A stretch of 64,000 nt of DNA from positions 22,496 through 86,495 of the forward strand of contig CADBKZ010000006.1 of NCBI GenBank assembly GCA_902795355.1, given 5' to 3'. A program made the position numbers and the translations under genes. The notes beneath the pieces were generated by a model. That model saw nothing but the letters and a program-made list of their open reading frames with translations. It did not search any database and was not told the origin of the DNA. The DNA comes from an uncultured Ruminococcus sp. GTDB lineage: Bacteria; Bacillota; Clostridia; Oscillospirales; CAG-272. How positions within the stretch are numbered: the first letter of the stretch is position 1; each line of letters begins with the position of its first letter. Positions 1 through 9,838 of the stretch are shown here, piece by piece.

Positions 1-426
1 AGTCAGCTCGGTCGGGTCGGCTTGCCACCGCGCTTGCTCGGCAGGGGTAAACCAGCGTTTTACGATTCGCTCCATCTCTTCCCGCGATCGTCCGAAAAGC
101 CGCTCCGCGTCAACCCCAACGCGGGGCGCGTCGCCGCTTTCCGTAAGCTCCACGGCGCAAACCACCGCTCCCTTGGCATGGGAAAAATTGAAATCCGCTT
201 CGGGGCGGCCAACGAGGTAAGGTCTCCCGTTTCCGGCGCGGGCGATTTGCGAAAGATCGGCGTTCGGGAGCATTTGCGCGAGCAGGTAAAATCCCAGCAG
301 GGTTTCGCTCCGCGCCTTGCCGCGCCGTCCGGCCGCAACCGCCTCGGCCGCTGGTATTCCCAACCGCAGGACCAACGTTTCCGCTTCCGGAAGTCGGGTA
401 TAACAAATCGCGCCCAAACGGATCAT
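1..426 (-). CDS. 4'-phosphopantetheinyl transferase, Sfp type (N-terminal 142 codons; 3' end lies beyond the left window edge)
   Basis: Own minus-strand translation from ATG 426-424: MIRLGAICYTRLPEAE...GRPEADFNFSHAKGAVVCAVEL...PRVGVDAERL...IVKRWFTPAEQARW. FNxSH and GVDxE motifs fit Sfp/AcpT-type PPTases. Not in the ORF track because no stop codon falls inside the window. Confidence 0.6.
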   Translation of the reverse strand, partial: MIRLGAICYTRLPEAETLVLRLGIPAAEAVAAGRRGKARSETLLGFYLLAQMLPNADLSQIARAGNGRPYLVGRPEADFNFSHAKGAVVCAVELTESGDAPRVGVDAERLFGRSREEMERIVKRWFTPAEQARWQADPTELT

Positions 427-539
427 TGTCCGCTCTCCTTTCCCGATGAAATTTCCCTCTTTATTTTACCATAAAAAATCGGTTTTGAGAAGTGTTTTTT
501 CAAAATTCGATTTTTTTATTCTTTTTTTGCAAAAACCCC

Positions 540-568
540 TTGACAAAAGGACGGGTATGGTTTATAAT
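540..568 (+). promoter_or_regulatory. sigma-A type promoter of the Fur-family gene
   Basis: TTGACA 540-545, 17-nt spacer, TATAAT 563-568. A T7-GC-A5 tract lies at 522-535. Tandem GATTTA GATTTA (570-581) just downstream of the -10 could be an operator. Confidence 0.6.
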
Positions 569-618
569 AGATTTAGATTTATTCTAACTTTTACCGAATG
601 ATAAAGGGGGACAAACCC

Positions 619-984
619 ATGACCAAGCAACGCGAACTGATCCTGCAAATTCTGACCCATTCCGACCGCCACCTGACCGCCGACGAGGTGTTCTTTCTTG
701 CCAAGCTTCAAATGCCGAGCATTGCCATGGCCACCGTTTACAACAACCTGAACGCCATGACCGACGCCGGCATGATCAACCGCGTTCATGTGGACGGAAG
801 CGCCGATTGCTTTGAAAAAGATACCGACCCGCACGACCACCTGCGCTGCACGACCTGCGGCAAGCTCGCAAACGTCAGCCTGCCTTGGCTTAAAGACCGC
901 CTGCACCAAGCCGTTGGAACCGACATTTCGGGCTATGATCTGACCGTTCATTACATCTGCCCCGAATGCAGAAAGAAAATTTGA
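619..984 (+). CDS. Fur-family metal-responsive transcriptional regulator (Fur/PerR/Zur not distinguishable)
   Basis: SD AAGGGGGA lies 7 nt before ATG 619 (the ORF-track start 598 has no SD). MTKQRELILQIL winged-helix N-terminus, HDH, and CTTCG...CPEC zinc-site cysteines. Confidence 0.85.
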   Translation: MTKQRELILQILTHSDRHLTADEVFFLAKLQMPSIAMATVYNNLNAMTDAGMINRVHVDGSADCFEKDTDPHDHLRCTTCGKLANVSLPWLKDRLHQAVGTDISGYDLTVHYICPECRKKI

Positions 985-1028
985 AAGAAAATGCCCGCCG
1001 TTCCCAATGGGTTCCGGCGTTTTCCCGC

Positions 1029-1066
1029 AAAAAAACAGAGAGCTTTTCACAGCTCTCTGTTTTTTT
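1029..1066. terminator. bidirectional rho-independent terminator between convergent genes
   Basis: ACAGAGAGCT (1035-1044) / AGCTCTCTGT (1051-1060) stem, flanked by an A-run and a T-run. Confidence 0.8.
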
Positions 1067-1067
1067 G

Positions 1068-2219
1068 TCAAGCCGCCGCTTCGGTGGCGTCCGGCGCCTC
1101 TCCGATGTGGAAAGAGGCATTCAACGTTTCCCCGCCGCCCGTTACGGAAACCTGAACCTCGCCCGCCTTGGTGCCGGAAGCGACGGTCCACTCCCAAGTT
1201 ACCGTTCCGTTTTCATCAGAAGTTTTCGTTTCCAGACCGGCGGCCTTGCTTTGGCTACCCGACGGAAGCGTGACCCGAATGCTGTACTCGGTGTTCGCCT
1301 TTCCTCTTACGGTTACGGTCGCTTTGCCGCCGAGCGCAACGGTTTCGGGAATGCTGACCGGCGCAAGCGTTTGTTCGGGCGTTCCGCTCCCCGCTTCCCC
1401 TGTTTCGGAGGTTGCAGGTTCTTCGGTGGCATCGCCGCCCCACATGGTCAACAGCTCCTCGCCTTCCTCGGCCAATCGGCTGGTCCCGTCCGCATAGTTA
1501 ATCACAATCCCGGGCTGCACGTTGTAGCTGAACACGCAGAAGCAAACGCCGTCGCCGTCGTCCTCGACCGACCAACCTTCCATCAGCACGCCGAGCGCAA
1601 CAAGGTCGTCGCCCTTGAAGATCGGCGTTACGCGGTAAAGCACATGGTTGTTGGTCTCTTTTACGTAGTCGGCAACCATGTTCTCAAATTCGAGCATGCC
1701 GTCAATGTTAAGGTAGCGCGTACCCGTAATCAGGTTCTGCTTGTTGGCGTTCTCGCCTGTGAGCTGGTAGCCGATCAAATGGCAACGGTTATAAAGATAG
1801 CCGCCGTCCACAATGTCGTACTTCACCGTTTGCCATCCGCTCGGTTTTACCGAGCCGATGCTGCCGCGGTTTTCGGTTGGCATAATGTCTTTTCCAACGC
1901 TCGATTCGGCAACCCCGCACCGACCGAGGGCGTCCAACTCGCTGTAAACCTCGTAGGAATTGGCCGCCTTCGCCTTTTCTTCCTCGGTGAAGAACGGGAT
2001 GTTGCCGTTGACCGCGACATAGGCTTTGTCCTGATAGGACGGAATGGAAGAAAGCGTTACATTCTCCGGCGCGGCGGTTTCGGCCGTTTGCGCCGATTCG
2101 GTGGTGTTCAGCCCAAGTAGCTCGCGCGCTTCCTCGGGGATCAGCCCGCTGCAAGAGGAAAACAGCAATGCTGCCGCCAAAAGAAGCGGGAACAAAAGCC
2201 GCAGGAAAGATCGTTTCAT
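1068..2219 (-). CDS. secreted DNA/RNA non-specific endonuclease lipoprotein (Endonuclease_NS_2-like) with C-terminal Ig-like domain
   Basis: Lipobox LLFSSCSG. YNRCHLIGYQLTGENANKQNLITGTRYLN matches the xNRxHLxxxQLxGEN core of this nuclease family. Confidence 0.75.
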   Translation of the reverse strand: MKRSFLRLLFPLLLAAALLFSSCSGLIPEEARELLGLNTTESAQTAETAAPENVTLSSIPSYQDKAYVAVNGNIPFFTEEEKAKAANSYEVYSELDALGRCGVAESSVGKDIMPTENRGSIGSVKPSGWQTVKYDIVDGGYLYNRCHLIGYQLTGENANKQNLITGTRYLNIDGMLEFENMVADYVKETNNHVLYRVTPIFKGDDLVALGVLMEGWSVEDDGDGVCFCVFSYNVQPGIVINYADGTSRLAEEGEELLTMWGGDATEEPATSETGEAGSGTPEQTLAPVSIPETVALGGKATVTVRGKANTEYSIRVTLPSGSQSKAAGLETKTSDENGTVTWEWTVASGTKAGEVQVSVTGGGETLNASFHIGEAPDATEAAA

Positions 2220-2617
2220 CGGATGTATACCTCCTCCGTAATTTTTTCATGGGACGAGCCGGCAAATTCGGTTTGCGAAAGGCGTTTCCACGCCGCAAGA
2301 TCCAAATCGAACGCGAAATCGTTGGGGTAGAGCCGGTTCCATCGGTAAACCGCCAGCTTTCCGATTTTCCCCGCATAGGGCGCGAGACGCAGATCCTCAA
2401 CAAAGCACCAATCGTCGTCTTGGGCGCGGTCAAGAAAGTCCTCGGCAACGGTCAGTTCCGCGGGAAGCTCGGCAAACAGCTTTGCCGAGTAGGCGTTCAG
2501 CCGCAGTTTTCCGCCGCAAAGCTGCAAAATCCGTTCGTTCAGAACGCGGTCGCGGCTCTGCCTGCGGCAGTTGAACATCATGCCGCCGCGGTCGTCCAAC
2601 GTTACTATTACATTCAT
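2216..2617 (-). CDS. hypothetical cytoplasmic protein, 133 aa (function unknown)
   Basis: SD AAGGAGA before ATG 2617 (MNVIVTLDDRGGMMFNCRRQ...). The stop overlaps the nuclease start (ATGA at 2219-2216). The upstream extension in the ORF track is Arg-rich and unlikely to be coding. Confidence 0.6.
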   Translation of the reverse strand: MNVIVTLDDRGGMMFNCRRQSRDRVLNERILQLCGGKLRLNAYSAKLFAELPAELTVAEDFLDRAQDDDWCFVEDLRLAPYAGKIGKLAVYRWNRLYPNDFAFDLDLAAWKRLSQTEFAGSSHEKITEEVYIR

Positions 2618-2643
2618 GGCGCTCTCCTTTGCCCGAAACTTGA

Positions 2644-3909
2644 TCAACCGCCGACAAATTCGGCGGAATAATGAACGTCGTCTTTCGAATACAGGTCGGT
2701 AATCGCAACCGCTTGCGCGGTGGTATAGAAAACCCGTTCCGCGCAATATACGCCGCCGATGTTCTCTCCCGCCAACGCGCGGAATGCGGCGGCGTTGAAC
2801 TCCGGAGCGATATAGAGGGGCGCGAGCCGAAGCGCGATCTCAGCGCAGCCGGCCGTTTCGCTGATTGCCGCCAATTGCGGAATGGACGCCTGACAGTATC
2901 CCTCGCCGTTGATATACGGATGGCGGATCTCGGTAGCGCTGACGGTGAAATAGTTCATGTCGTCAAGGTCGTTCAAGGGGTAATCGCGCAGGATGACAAT
3001 GCTCATAGGTCGGTCGTACACCAGAACGCCGCCTGCATAGATCGCGCCCTGTTCGCGGTTATACAGATTGACGGAAAAGGACGTACCCCGCGCGTCGAGG
3101 TTGCGGATAAACCCGTCAAAACTCGAAAGCACCCCGTTGGTGTAGCCGTTCTGCGTGAGAACGTCTGCAATATAATCCAGCGTGAACGCGTTGCGAAGCC
3201 AACCGAGGTTCACAAACGCGGAAATTCCGTTTTCCCGCGCAAACGCAAGGTATTCCTCGGAAACATGCAGGCATGCTCGGTTTTCTCCCAAAAGTTCGAT
3301 CCACACCGCATTCGGATCATTGACATATGCCGCGATTCCGGCAAACCGATCCGCAACCGTTTCGTTCAGCAATGGGTCAAAATCGCGGATCTGGATTACG
3401 TCGGTGCAGAAAAACAAATTCTGGTAGTAATCATAATAAGGCGCGCAGAAAACGGTTCGGTCGCCCGCCGCCGCAATTTGTTCCAGCGCGCGGTACAACG
3501 AAGCGTTCAAAGTTACCGGTTCGTTGACGCGTCGGTTGAGATAGGCGAGGTTATACACCCCCGCAAATTCCTCGGTTGCATGAAAAATGCGATACGATGC
3601 CACGCTCGCTTCGGTGTAAACCGCGCGCACCTGCCGGTATTCGGTTCCCGCGGCGGCGCCTTTCCCGCCGATGTCGTAGTAGAAAAACACTTCACCCGCA
3701 AGATTTTCTTCTTTGGTTTGAACCGTGATCTCCCGCCAGCCGTTGCCCGTTGTTAAATAATGAATCAAACCGTACAGCAACGCGCCGATGCCCACAACCA
3801 ACAGCAGCGCGAAAAGCACGACTCGGACGCGGATATGCTTTTCGGATACCTCGATGCGCTGAACTTTGGGAAGCGACGGCCGATTGTTTTTTCCGTTTCG
3901 ATTGCCCAT
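2644..3909 (-). CDS. membrane-anchored extracytoplasmic protein, function unknown (weak ApbE-like stretch)
   Basis: Start taken at MGNRNGKNN (ATG 3909). One TM helix, VVLFALLLVVGIGALLYGLI. VNLGWLRNAFTLDYIADVLTQNGY is reminiscent of the ApbE GG..KGYa.D region but degenerate. Confidence 0.5.
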   Translation of the reverse strand: MGNRNGKNNRPSLPKVQRIEVSEKHIRVRVVLFALLLVVGIGALLYGLIHYLTTGNGWREITVQTKEENLAGEVFFYYDIGGKGAAAGTEYRQVRAVYTEASVASYRIFHATEEFAGVYNLAYLNRRVNEPVTLNASLYRALEQIAAAGDRTVFCAPYYDYYQNLFFCTDVIQIRDFDPLLNETVADRFAGIAAYVNDPNAVWIELLGENRACLHVSEEYLAFARENGISAFVNLGWLRNAFTLDYIADVLTQNGYTNGVLSSFDGFIRNLDARGTSFSVNLYNREQGAIYAGGVLVYDRPMSIVILRDYPLNDLDDMNYFTVSATEIRHPYINGEGYCQASIPQLAAISETAGCAEIALRLAPLYIAPEFNAAAFRALAGENIGGVYCAERVFYTTAQAVAITDLYSKDDVHYSAEFVGG

Positions 3910-4013
3910 GCTAAACCGTTCCTCTCGGGATTTGCGGAAACGGGCGCGACAATGCTTTCGTGGATGGTTTACGAAGTTGTCGCGCCCGCTCATGAAATTT
4001 GCGGTACCGCCCT

Positions 4014-5411
4014 TTACAGTAGCGAGATACCGAGCGCCGCCAAGAACAAGGCGACGATCGCGCCTCGGGTAATCAGCCCCGCGATTGCGCCTTTCTTGCA
4101 GGCCTTATAGTTCCGGATATGGCGGAATTTTTTGAAGATCGCCCCGCCGATCAGCCCGATAATGGGCAGGAAGAACGACCCGAACGAATACCATTTGCTC
4201 CCCGTATCGTGCAGAGGCGGCGCGCTGATTTCATCCTCGGACGCCGATTTTACGGGCTTTTCGGCGGGAACCTCTTCCGCCGCCGCGGGAGCGTTCGGAT
4301 CCCGAATGGTAATAGACTTTAACGGAACGCCCTTTTCGCGAACGGCTTGGTATTCCTCAATTTCTTTTTTATTGCCCCAAACATAGTGGTTATGTCCGAT
4401 GCAAACCATTTCCGGCTGATCCTCGCTGTAATCATGGACCGAGGGATCGTAGGTGAAGAGAACCTTGTTCTTCTCCAACTGCGGATCCGGAATCGGAATG
4501 GCCGAAATCAGCGACCGCGTGTAGGGGTGGAGCGGATAATCGAAGAGTTCTTCCGCATCCGCAACCTCAACAATGTTGCCTTTGTAAATAACGCCGATGC
4601 GGTCCGAAATGAAACGGACGATCGAAAGGTCGTGCGCGATGAACAGGTAGGTAATATCGCGTTCTTTCTGGAACTTTTTGAGCAGGTTGAGCACCTGCGC
4701 GCGAATGGAAACGTCCAGCGCGGAAATCGGCTCATCGGCAACGACCAGCTCCGGCTCCATCACCATGGCGCGCGCCAAGCCAATGCGCTGACGCTGACCG
4801 CCCGAAAACTCGTGCGGATAGCGCGTCAGATGCTCGGGGAGCAGACCAACCTCGTTGATCATATTCTCCACCTTGCGAACGCGGTCGGCCTCGTTCTCAA
4901 ACAAATGGAAGTTGTAAAGTCCCTCGGAAACAATGTAGTCCACCGTTGCGCGCTCGTTCAGCGAGGCGGCGGGGTCCTGAAACACCATTTGAATGTTGCG
5001 GATGACCTCGCGGTCAAGCGTTTTCGGGATCTTGCCCGAAATGCGAACGCCCTTATAGAGAATTTCGCCCGCCGAGCAGGGGTTGACGCGAATTACCGCG
5101 CGGCCGATGGTGGTCTTTCCCGAGCCGGATTCGCCCACGAGCGAGAACGTTTCGCCCTTGTAAATATCAAACGACGCGTTTCTGACCGCTTTAACGGCGC
5201 GGTCGCCTTTTCCGAACGTAATGTCGATATTGCGCAGGGAAAGCAGAATTTCTTTGCCGTTTTCGGGGTCGATCGGCCCATGCTCGGGCAGGTGCGCCTC
5301 GGTTTCGGTTTCCTTCGGCTTCTGCTCAACCGCTTTTTTCGCAACAGGCTCCGCAGCTTCATTCAAAGGAGCATCGTTGTTCTGTTCTTGCAGCTGTTTG
5401 TTTTCTTCCAC
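4014..5411 (-). CDS. Opp/Dpp-type ABC transporter ATP-binding protein (OppF-like) with acidic N-terminal extension and C-terminal two-helix membrane tail
   Basis: GTG start 5411 with SD AAGGAGG 8 nt upstream. Walker [10 protein letters not shown], signature FSGGQRQR. The tail has hydrophobic stretches [17 protein letters not shown] and [16 protein letters not shown]. Confidence 0.85.
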   Translation of the reverse strand: MEENKQLQEQNNDAPLNEAAEPVAKKAVEQKPKETETEAHLPEHGPIDPENGKEILLSLRNIDITFGKGDRAVKAVRNASFDIYKGETFSLVGESGSGKTTIGRAVIRVNPCSAGEILYKGVRISGKIPKTLDREVIRNIQMVFQDPAASLNERATVDYIVSEGLYNFHLFENEADRVRKVENMINEVGLLPEHLTRYPHEFSGGQRQRIGLARAMVMEPELVVADEPISALDVSIRAQVLNLLKKFQKERDITYLFIAHDLSIVRFISDRIGVIYKGNIVEVADAEELFDYPLHPYTRSLISAIPIPDPQLEKNKVLFTYDPSVHDYSEDQPEMVCIGHNHYVWGNKKEIEEYQAVREKGVPLKSITIRDPNAPAAAEEVPAEKPVKSASEDEISAPPLHDTGSKWYSFGSFFLPIIGLIGGAIFKKFRHIRNYKACKKGAIAGLITRGAIVALFLAALGISLL

Positions 5412-5424
5412 AACACGATCCTCC

Positions 5425-7173
5425 TTAAATATTGAACGCGTTCATGAGTTTTTCATGAATGTTCTGAATGATTTCCGGCTTTTCATATTTGGGCGCTCTG
5501 GGGTCGAGCAGCCATGTTTTGGCAAAGTGCGTTTCGGTAACGGCAAACATGGGCGGTTCCTTGAGCGTATCCACTTTCAGGCAATAGGGGTTGCGCGGCG
5601 CAAACGGATCGCCGACAATGCGGTTATACAGCGACGGCGGCGTTCCCGAAATGGAATAGAGCTTGGTGTTGCGCTGGGCCAACTGCGGGAGCGAGGACAA
5701 AAGCGCCCATGTGTAGGGGTGGCGCGGGTCGTAAAAGACCTCTTCCACCTGCCCGAGCTCCACGATTTGCCCCGCGTAAAGCACGGCCACGCGGTCAGCA
5801 ATGTTCGCAACCACGCCAAGGTCGTGCGTAATGAACACGATGGTGTAGTTGAACTCCCTCTGCAAATCTTTGAGCAGTTTGAGGATCTGCGCCTGAATGG
5901 TAACGTCGAGCGCGGTGGTCGGCTCGTCGCAAATCAGGATCTTCGGCTGGCAGGAAAGCGCAATGGCAATTACAATACGTTGGCGCATACCGCCGGAATA
6001 TTGGAAAGGATAATCGTCGAAGCGGTTCTCCGCATTCGGAATGCCCACTTTCCGCATCAGCTCCAACGCTCTCGCTCTCGCTTCCACCTCGGAGCAATGC
6101 TGATGCTTGATGATGATGGACGTGATCTGCTTTCCGATGGTGATGATGGGGTTGAGCGAGGTCATGGGGTCCTGAAAAACGGTTGCAATCTTGCGCCCGC
6201 GGATCTGCCCCCAGTCCTTGGAATATTTGATCTTCGCAAGGTTCAGCACGCAGGTGCCGTGGAGTTTTTCCTCGTCCTCGCCGATATACCGCACGCGGAA
6301 CACCACGTTATCGAACACGGCGTTGCGCGCGCTGTCGTCGGAAAGGTCAACGCCGAGGCGCATGGCCTCGCGCAGAGCCTTCTGCAAACCGAGGATCAGC
6401 TGGACCCGCTTTGCAAGCCCATAGCGACCGACCGAAAGGTAAACTTCCTTGGCCAGAATTTCGTTGCGCTTGACCGTGTCCTCGGAGATCTCCTGCGCAC
6501 ATTCCTTGGCGTACTGCTCTTTCAGAGCGGCCATTTGGGCGTTATACGCGTTCAGATATCCGGTATCGGCGGCGAGCTTCGCCTTGTGCTGGCGGATCGC
6601 TTCCCGCTCCTCTGTGCGCAGAGCTTTGATTTGGGCGTCGTAAGCCTTGATCTGCGCCGCCGCCTCGTGGATTTTATCTTTCTCCTTGGCGGGGTCGTAG
6701 GTCATTTTGGTGTTGTAGAGCTCGGTGCGGCGGAACATCAGATCGTCGATCTTTCCGGTAATTTCCGCGCGCTCTTCCTCGCTCAACTGCGCCTTTTGAC
6801 GCTTTTGGCTTTCCAGATCCAGCATTTTCCGGTAGGTTTCGGCGCCGAACTCGAAATGCGAATAGGCGTTGAGCTTTTTCAGTGTGCCGGCAACCGCCTT
6901 CTCTTCCACAAAGTCCTTCTTCACGTCGGTCTTGGCAAGGTCCTCGTCGTCGAAGATGATCGAACCGTTGCTGACAAACCCGTTCTGATCGAGCATGCCG
7001 GCAAAGGTTTTGGTGAACACCGATTTACCCGAGCCGGATTCGCCCACGATGGCGATGGACTCGTTTTCATAAATATCGAGCGAGATGCCGCGAATGGCGG
7101 TCAGAATGCGGCCGCGCACGCGGAATTTCACTTCCAGGTCCTTGACGGACAGCAATACCTTTTTTTCATTCAT
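5425..7173 (-). CDS. Opp/Dpp-type ABC transporter ATP-binding protein (OppD-like) carrying a ~240-aa helical insertion
   Basis: Walker [10 protein letters not shown], then a Lys/Glu/Ala-rich insert (residues ~75-320), before [22 protein letters not shown] and [12 protein letters not shown]. Confidence 0.85.
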   Translation of the reverse strand: MNEKKVLLSVKDLEVKFRVRGRILTAIRGISLDIYENESIAIVGESGSGKSVFTKTFAGMLDQNGFVSNGSIIFDDEDLAKTDVKKDFVEEKAVAGTLKKLNAYSHFEFGAETYRKMLDLESQKRQKAQLSEEERAEITGKIDDLMFRRTELYNTKMTYDPAKEKDKIHEAAAQIKAYDAQIKALRTEEREAIRQHKAKLAADTGYLNAYNAQMAALKEQYAKECAQEISEDTVKRNEILAKEVYLSVGRYGLAKRVQLILGLQKALREAMRLGVDLSDDSARNAVFDNVVFRVRYIGEDEEKLHGTCVLNLAKIKYSKDWGQIRGRKIATVFQDPMTSLNPIITIGKQITSIIIKHQHCSEVEARARALELMRKVGIPNAENRFDDYPFQYSGGMRQRIVIAIALSCQPKILICDEPTTALDVTIQAQILKLLKDLQREFNYTIVFITHDLGVVANIADRVAVLYAGQIVELGQVEEVFYDPRHPYTWALLSSLPQLAQRNTKLYSISGTPPSLYNRIVGDPFAPRNPYCLKVDTLKEPPMFAVTETHFAKTWLLDPRAPKYEKPEIIQNIHEKLMNAFNI

Positions 7174-7184
7174 GGTCCGTCACC

Positions 7185-8174
7185 TCACATGTGCGTTCTC
7201 GGGTCGGAAGCGTCGCCGAGGTTTTGGCCGACAATATAGAGCACGACCGCGATAATGGACGCAATGATAACCGGACTCCAGAACTCAAAGCCCCATTGTT
7301 TCACAAACATATAAGGCTGGGTCATCTCAATCATTTTACCGAGCGTCATATCCGGCATACCGATTCCGATATAGGACAAGAACACTTCGTAGGAGATGTA
7401 GGACGGAATTTCGGTTGCAATCAGCGTAACAATGATGGACGTCATGAACGGAAGAATATTTCGGAGTGCGATGCGGAAAATGGATGTTCCGAGACAGCGC
7501 GAGGCAAGGTTATACTCGCGGTCGCGGATAATAATGACCTGTGTGCGGATAAAATACGCAATTCCGATCCATCCCGTTACCGTCAGCGCAAAGACCATTG
7601 TCCAAAACGAGGCGGTCAATACGCGCACCAAAACCGAAATCAGCAAGATGTACGGCACGTTTCCGACAATATTGTAAATTTCATTCATAATCACGTCCAT
7701 CCGCTTGGAAAAGCCCCAAACCGCGCCCAGCAAAACGCCGATGATCATATTGATAGCGGCGCATACCAAGGCCAACGAAATGGAAATTCCGGAACCATAC
7801 CAAACCGCGTCAAACGTGGATTGTCCCTGATCGCCGCTTCCCAACAGCCAGTGAATACTGAACCCGTATTTTGAAATTGCGGCGGATGGACTTAAATGCT
7901 TGGACGTTGGATCCAACAGGTACTTCCATGGATCCACATCCGCATTGTAATGGATGATCAACGGATACACATAGGAAAAGAGAATCACAAGAGCCAAAAC
8001 GGAGAGGAAGAAAATGTTGCTTTTTTTGCGGAAGAACACCCGCAGAACGGATTTCCAATATGAATACCGCGGCGCAGTAATTTTTTCGGACTCCGCCATA
8101 TCATTTTCATAATGGGCGAACAGCTCTTCATCCGAGAGCTGGAACTCATCCAAATTAACTAAATTATCCTGCAT
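7185..8174 (-). CDS. Opp/Dpp-type ABC transporter permease (OppC-like)
   Basis: Multi-pass membrane protein with ASRCLGTSIFRIALRNILP (EAA-loop region). ATG 8174 follows SD AAGGTGA. The alternative GTG at 8183 overlaps the upstream stop. Confidence 0.8.
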   Translation of the reverse strand: MQDNLVNLDEFQLSDEELFAHYENDMAESEKITAPRYSYWKSVLRVFFRKKSNIFFLSVLALVILFSYVYPLIIHYNADVDPWKYLLDPTSKHLSPSAAISKYGFSIHWLLGSGDQGQSTFDAVWYGSGISISLALVCAAINMIIGVLLGAVWGFSKRMDVIMNEIYNIVGNVPYILLISVLVRVLTASFWTMVFALTVTGWIGIAYFIRTQVIIIRDREYNLASRCLGTSIFRIALRNILPFMTSIIVTLIATEIPSYISYEVFLSYIGIGMPDMTLGKMIEMTQPYMFVKQWGFEFWSPVIIASIIAVVLYIVGQNLGDASDPRTHM

Positions 8175-8179
8175 TTTTC

Positions 8180-9754
8180 TCACCTTGCCTTTGACGTAAA
8201 CGAAATTCTCGGATCAATCAATGCCATAAGAATATCTCCAAGAATCAGCGATAGCACCGAAAGCGTCGCATAGAACATTGTCAATCCGACAATTGCGCCG
8301 TTATCAAAGTAGTTAATCGCCTTTACCAGCATACCGCCGGCGCCGGGGACGGAATAAACGCTTTCCGTAATGATTGCTCCGGTCAATGCCCCGAGCACGC
8401 TTCCCGGAATACCGTGAACAATCGGAATAACGGCGTTTTTCAAAACGTGCTTGCTGAAAATTTCATGCTCCGAAAGACCGCCCGAACGCGCAAACTTAAC
8501 GTAATCCGAGTTCATTTGGTCAATCATATAGCGGCGCAACCACTTCATAAGCGCGCCAACAGACGGCAATGCAAGCGAGACAATCGGCAAAATATACATC
8601 AACATACTATTCGAGTCCACATCGAAAGTCGTTGGCAAGCCGAAACCTTTTCCGATTGCCCTGAACATGAAAATGTATGCCAGCGACGGCACGGCGATAA
8701 TAAAGACAATGTATATTGTTCCCAGTTTATCAACCAGTTTTTCCTTGTTTCTTGCCATTGCAACGCCGAGCGGAACGCCAAGCGCATAGGAAAGAATGAC
8801 CGACAAAATGCCGATAACAAAAGAAAATCCGGTTTTGGAAAAACTTTTTCTGACCTGCTGCAGGTTGGTATAATCATCAACAAACCGAGAGGTGTAAAAC
8901 GACTGCCCGCCGGTAAAAGAACCCGCGCTGTAGGTTGCGGAGTGCATGTTGTATGCCACTTCCGTTGTATAGCCTGTCGGATAAGTGACCTGCGACTTTA
9001 CCAGAGTTCCCTGCGACTGCGTCATAGTAGTAAACACATCCACGCCCGTGTTGACCGAATAGGACAACCCCAAATTGATATGAATCAAATTCTGGTGGAT
9101 AAACGGGAAGTGATTGTCAAAATACAATAAATATTTATATTGCGTCCCGTTTCCGATAATCGCCGGCGAAAACTTCTTGCCGCCGTATACGGGATCAAAA
9201 AAGGTAAAAGAAATACCCCTGTTTTCAATGTCCTCTTTTACATAGTGAATATTATCAATAGAAACCAAGCCCTTGAAATAATTCCAGAGCCGAGTGATCA
9301 GCGGCAGATTCTTATAGGCAAACAGCTGTTGCCGCCCGCCGTCTTTAACAGCCGTTGCGTTTTTCATAATTACATTCAGGCGGATTACCGTATAACCCTT
9401 GCTTTCATATTTTTCCGTAAAGTCACGCACAGCCGCCGCAACCGCCGGTTCATCCGCTTCGGGCGTCCCGCCCAAGTTTGCCATTGCGTTTTTCTCATCT
9501 GCGGTAATTGTTCCGTTATTCGCCAATTCGGTCAAATAATCGCCGAAAGTTACCAAATCGAGGTACCCGTACCGTTCCCAACTTTGGTAACGGTAAAGTT
9601 CCCGATCGTTCGCTTGCCTTTTCGTATAAACGGAATCCTGCATAAAAATATTGGACCGATCCACAAGGGAATAGACCAATATCATAACGATTGCTACAAC
9701 CAATACAATGGATACGATTCCGCGCAATATCCGATTGATCAAATATCTTGTCAT
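8180..9754 (-). CDS. Opp/Dpp-type ABC transporter permease (OppB-like) with enlarged extracytoplasmic loop
   Basis: Start at MTRYLINRILRG (ATG 9754, SD GGGAGA). YVKFARSGGLSEHEIFSKHVLKNAVIP matches the OppB EAA region. A ~250-aa loop follows TM1. Confidence 0.8.
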   Translation of the reverse strand: MTRYLINRILRGIVSIVLVVAIVMILVYSLVDRSNIFMQDSVYTKRQANDRELYRYQSWERYGYLDLVTFGDYLTELANNGTITADEKNAMANLGGTPEADEPAVAAAVRDFTEKYESKGYTVIRLNVIMKNATAVKDGGRQQLFAYKNLPLITRLWNYFKGLVSIDNIHYVKEDIENRGISFTFFDPVYGGKKFSPAIIGNGTQYKYLLYFDNHFPFIHQNLIHINLGLSYSVNTGVDVFTTMTQSQGTLVKSQVTYPTGYTTEVAYNMHSATYSAGSFTGGQSFYTSRFVDDYTNLQQVRKSFSKTGFSFVIGILSVILSYALGVPLGVAMARNKEKLVDKLGTIYIVFIIAVPSLAYIFMFRAIGKGFGLPTTFDVDSNSMLMYILPIVSLALPSVGALMKWLRRYMIDQMNSDYVKFARSGGLSEHEIFSKHVLKNAVIPIVHGIPGSVLGALTGAIITESVYSVPGAGGMLVKAINYFDNGAIVGLTMFYATLSVLSLILGDILMALIDPRISFTSKAR

Positions 9755-9780
9755 AATTAAAAATCTCCCACAATTGCGAA

Positions 9781-9811
9781 AAGGGGATGGATGAAATTCA
9801 TCCATCCCCTT
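9781..9811 (-). terminator. intra-operon hairpin (attenuating terminator or mRNA stabiliser) between the SBP gene and the permease genes
   Basis: Perfect 14-bp stem AAGGGGATGGATGA / TCATCCATCCCCTT with a 3-nt loop, 28 nt after the SBP stop. Only a short U-tract follows on the minus strand. Confidence 0.55.
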
Positions 9812-9838
9812 TTCTCTTTTTAAGGCATCGAAACGGGA

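Noticed and set aside
570-581. Tandem GATTTA GATTTA downstream of the fur-family promoter, considered as a Fur/PerR/Zur box.
   Set aside because: It is a direct repeat, not the 7-1-7 inverted repeat expected for Fur-family operators, and it lies in AT-rich DNA. It is noted in the promoter feature only as a possibility.
5221-7239. 672-aa plus-strand ORF antisense to the OppD-like gene. Similar long antisense ORFs occur at 966..2120, 9857..12106, 41193..43151, 48921..51149 and 56517..57554.
   Set aside because: These are typical shadow ORFs of GC-rich DNA. They have Arg/Gly/Ala/Val-rich low-complexity translations, no SD, and no recognisable motifs. The opposite strand in each case encodes a protein with clear family signatures.
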